The translations under genes and the position numbers were made by a program. The notes beneath the pieces are model-generated. The model searched no databases and was not told the DNA's origin. It was given only the letters and a program-made list of their open reading frames with translations. A DNA stretch of 64,000 nt from Spirochaetia bacterium (GTDB lineage: Bacteria; Spirochaetota; Spirochaetia; SP-2023). The stretch is taken from contig OZ253665.1 in the NCBI GenBank assembly GCA_965263295.1, forward strand, positions 1,920,001 through 1,984,000, read 5' to 3'. Every line of letters starts with the position of its first letter. Position 1 is the stretch's first letter. Of this stretch, positions 60,947-64,000 are shown one piece after another.

Positions 60947-62365
60947 ATGGATTACTCAAGGAAAAAATATTTCGATATTTGGTCACTAGCAAAGCTCGTA
61001 TGGAAAGGCATTGTTATAATGTTTTTACCGGCAATAATGGTTTCTTACTCCGCAAATCTATTAGATTTAGAAATTATGAATACCCCGGCTATGTTATTGT
61101 CTTTCGCTATCTCAGGAGTGTTATTAGGCATGCTTGGTGGGTTAATGATTGAGTCAAAAGTTAGGAAGGTATATACTTATAAGTGGATCTTAGCCATTAA
61201 AAATATTAAAGAAAACATCGATATTAATTACATCCAACTCTGTTCGAGAGATTTAACTACGATATATGAAAGAATTAGCTGGTATGCCCAAGACATATTT
61301 TGGGTTTGTAGTTTATTGCTGATTCTATTAGTCGGCTTGTTTTGGACATATACTTACGTAGGGCTAATCATTTCTTTCGGGTTCTGTCTCCTATTGTTTA
61401 TTTTATACTGTGGGACTATTGATTGGCTTATAACCACAAGAAAGAATTCCATTACAGGTTTCGATAAACTATTAGAGGCTACGCAAAATGCGCACAATTT
61501 GAATAAAATGAGTAGCTACATCAAAGATAATTTTTTTAAAAAAATTATAAATGAAAATAAGTATACTTGTATTTATGAGCCCGTAATGCATTTCTATAAA
61601 TCTAGATCAAGTATGCTGATATCAAAATCTATTGTTGGTATACACTGTTTGCTATTATGCGATATTATAATATTAACTTCACTTTTTTGGGGCATTAGTC
61701 AGCAAGAAAAATCGGAAAACATAGTTTTAATAATAACTATCTTGTTGCTAATTAAAGGTTATTTAGTAAATACATTTTTTGCTGTAACCGGATTTAAATC
61801 TCATGCTATCTCGGTCGATAGGCTTGAAATATCTTCTCAAAAGCATCAGTGTGTCAGAGCATTAGCTCATAAAAATGAATTTATGATTCCGGCTTTTAGT
61901 AGCATAATTGATTTCAAAAATTTGTCACTTAAAAAAGGGCATATATACCATCTTAGCGCAGACTCAGGTAGTGGTAAAACGACATACATGAAATGCGTAT
62001 CCAATATTATGCGTGTCAATTATTCAGATGTTTTTACACAGCACAAATATCAAGATGTTAAGATTGTTTACATCGACTCAGGGTGGGAAAAATATGTACC
62101 GGCTAAGTTTTCATCTATGGAAACGAAAGATACTCAAATCCAGATTCTCTTTAATTTAGTCAAGAAAATAATAGAGGAACACAAAAGACCTATAATTATT
62201 TGTTTAGATGAGATATTGAACGGTTTCGGAGAACAAGAGAAAGAATATTTTCTAAATAATATTACAAAGTTTATTAAAAATACTGAAGTCTCCGTTATTA
62301 TTTCTGATCATTCAGTGGCAGGGATACGCACGATAAAATTATTAGATTTGATAGAAACTAGGTAA
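60947..62365 (+). CDS. ABC exporter-like membrane protein with shortened NBD
   Basis: TM segments; ADSGSGKTT Walker A, IICLDE Walker B, IISDH switch; no LSGGQ seen. Confidence 0.62.
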   Translation: MDYSRKKYFDIWSLAKLVWKGIVIMFLPAIMVSYSANLLDLEIMNTPAMLLSFAISGVLLGMLGGLMIESKVRKVYTYKWILAIKNIKENIDINYIQLCSRDLTTIYERISWYAQDIFWVCSLLLILLVGLFWTYTYVGLIISFGFCLLLFILYCGTIDWLITTRKNSITGFDKLLEATQNAHNLNKMSSYIKDNFFKKIINENKYTCIYEPVMHFYKSRSSMLISKSIVGIHCLLLCDIIILTSLFWGISQQEKSENIVLIITILLLIKGYLVNTFFAVTGFKSHAISVDRLEISSQKHQCVRALAHKNEFMIPAFSSIIDFKNLSLKKGHIYHLSADSGSGKTTYMKCVSNIMRVNYSDVFTQHKYQDVKIVYIDSGWEKYVPAKFSSMETKDTQIQILFNLVKKIIEEHKRPIIICLDEILNGFGEQEKEYFLNNITKFIKNTEVSVIISDHSVAGIRTIKLLDLIETR

Positions 62366-62485
62366 GAATGCATAAAAATTTATTTTTGGGAGATAAGGCT
62401 TTTTTGCTCCGATATAATACCAAGTTAAATGATGTCGAGTCAGAGAAATTATACCTGACTGAAATCGAATTAATTATGAACATCC

Positions 62486-63169
62486 TTATTTAGATATCTC
62501 GTCCCTGATAGCATTCAAAAAAGAACCTATGATAGCTCCGCTAAAAAACAAGTGATCATATACAACAAATAATTCTTTTCTTGTATACACAAAGGTCAGT
62601 GGTGGCCCCACAGACGCTTCCATAAGTGGCAAGAATCCACTGTCGACTCCAATACTATGCCAGTCTGTTATGGCTAAAGTAGGGAAATACTTTTCTCCCT
62701 TTTCCTGTAGCTTTTCATGATCTTTTATGTATAGCCACTGTTCTTCATGTGTCTTACAATATAAAATACATTTTTTAATATAATCATTGATCTCGTCGAT
62801 AGTTAACCTGTTGACAAACGGCACCATCGACAAATGACCTTCCCTGGTCTGGATGGAAAAACAGAAATGATGGTTGTCGTTAACAAACATCACATCCTGA
62901 CCGCCATGTCTGCCGATAATGCCGTTCAGGCCCTTGAATTCTTCTCTTGAAAGAACGTTGGAAATTGCTTTTAGGTTATGAGCAAGAAAATGCTTCTTTC
63001 TCTCAAGATTTATGTTAACTGAATGCTTCACACTTATGGGTTTGCTCTTTCGTCTTCTCCATATGTTATTTCTAATATTTGAAAAAGACATTTCAAAAAA
63101 TGGGTTGTTTTTATCTCTTTTCCCCAGCAGACCTCTGCCTACAATGTCCATCTCTCTTATTGTTATCAT
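62486..63169 (-). CDS. Stand-alone 2-oxoacid dehydrogenase E2/CAT-fold acyltransferase-like protein
   Basis: GGAGG RBS; PTLAITDWHSIG and YDHLFFSGAIIGSFL resemble GTFTISNLG and DHRxxDGAxxxxFL. Confidence 0.55.
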   Translation of the reverse strand: MITIREMDIVGRGLLGKRDKNNPFFEMSFSNIRNNIWRRRKSKPISVKHSVNINLERKKHFLAHNLKAISNVLSREEFKGLNGIIGRHGGQDVMFVNDNHHFCFSIQTREGHLSMVPFVNRLTIDEINDYIKKCILYCKTHEEQWLYIKDHEKLQEKGEKYFPTLAITDWHSIGVDSGFLPLMEASVGPPLTFVYTRKELFVVYDHLFFSGAIIGSFLNAIRDEISK

Positions 63170-63263
63170 TTTGCACCTCCATGAAAGAACCGTGTCAGAT
63201 GTGTAATTAGGAACGCCGATCGCATTCTTATAAAAGTAGTATAATAAAAAAGCGATGTGAAAA

Positions 63264-63500
63264 CTATATGAATGGATTTCCCGTCGCCAACTGCGCACCT
63301 CTAAAAATCTGGAGGTGACCTTGAAGCGCTGTGTGCCATGTGGGTTCACTCGCGTTATACAACTCGGTGGGAATGAAGTCCGGTTCTATGAGGACGACTT
63401 CAATTCCTGGGAAGCAATAGATCATCTCTCTGCGCAGGGCATCGGCCAACGCTTCGACAGCATGTTTTGTCGACGGATACCAGCCCATCCCAGGTGGCGA
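63264..63500 (-). pseudogene. Short-chain dehydrogenase fragment
   Basis: YPSTKHAVEALADALRREM (YxxxK) and VVLIEPDFIPT; no N-terminal Rossmann part in frame. Confidence 0.7.
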
Positions 63501-63764
63501 TATATATACTGGCTGGATGAATTCTTCTGCTTGAACAGAGTATCGATTATGTTTTTAATCATGTTGGAGCCGATGGGGCAATTTTAGGTACGGGCAATTC
63601 TGAGCATTTGAAAAGTTTCGTTGACAATGCTGCTTCGATAGGGGTTTTTAGTGACAAAAATATTGATGCGACATAATAGGTTTGAAGGTCGCTCTTTGGA
63701 TGATTCCTTAAAATTTTTAAAAAATGCTTAGCTCTGGGGTAAAGCCTGGATATGACAAGCGGCG

Positions 63765-63812
63765 AAAGCGAGTAGCCCCCCGATTAGCCCTTGGGGGTTA
63801 CTCGCTTTTTTC
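63765..63812 (+). terminator. Hairpin with T tract, abutting a fragment of the dispersed element
   Basis: aaagcgagtagccccc / gggggttactcgcttt then tttt; followed by ggttacttggccaggaact. Confidence 0.5.
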
Positions 63813-63943
63813 ATGGTTACTTGGCCAGGAACTGTGAAAGGGGGGGCTAGTCAACTTGAAATACTATCTATAGTATATATTTGTAATTTTATAGGATATA
63901 TAACCTATATATAGTGTATGCAATCGGGAGTGGAGCCATACCT

Positions 63944-64000
63944 ATGAAGCAAGTTGAAGTGTTAAATCCGAAATCGACGCGTGGTTGGGTTGATAGCCGT
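63944..64000 (+). CDS. Start of an unidentified gene running off the window
   Basis: GGAG RBS, ATG, open to the edge; TATAGG-N8-CCTATA palindrome at 63890-63909. Confidence 0.4.
   Translation, partial: MKQVEVLNPKSTRGWVDSR

Overview
Bacterial chromosomal segment, most likely from a spirochete (P83/100-family gene, many spirochete-style lipoproteins, Treponema-like cytidylyltransferase-PEP mutase fusion). Core genes (proS, recF, mutM, pepA, lepB, glycerate kinase, flavodoxin, tRNA-Pro, tRNA-Asp) alternate with accessory modules. Highlights: (1) three surface lipoproteins carry simple-sequence repeats inside their signal-peptide coding region: an (AT)12 tract (in frame) and a 10-bp AAGCTACCTC tract of 4 and 14 units (both out of frame) in two paralogs with conserved ends and a variable core; (2) a complete-looking sulfoquinovose catabolic (sulfo-transaldolase) cluster with a probable NAD+-dependent sulfoquinovosidase and a TRAP transporter with a duplicated binding protein; (3) about 12 full or partial copies of an unannotated 150-280-bp intergenic element with iterated CACGAA/TTCGTG inverted arms; (4) several tandem-duplication scars; (5) a bacteriocin-like gene with two candidate immunity genes, a Fur-boxed ABC/ECF uptake module and an AT-rich island with a pair of degenerate ABC exporters. 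All functional calls come from motif recognition by eye; no database searches were run.
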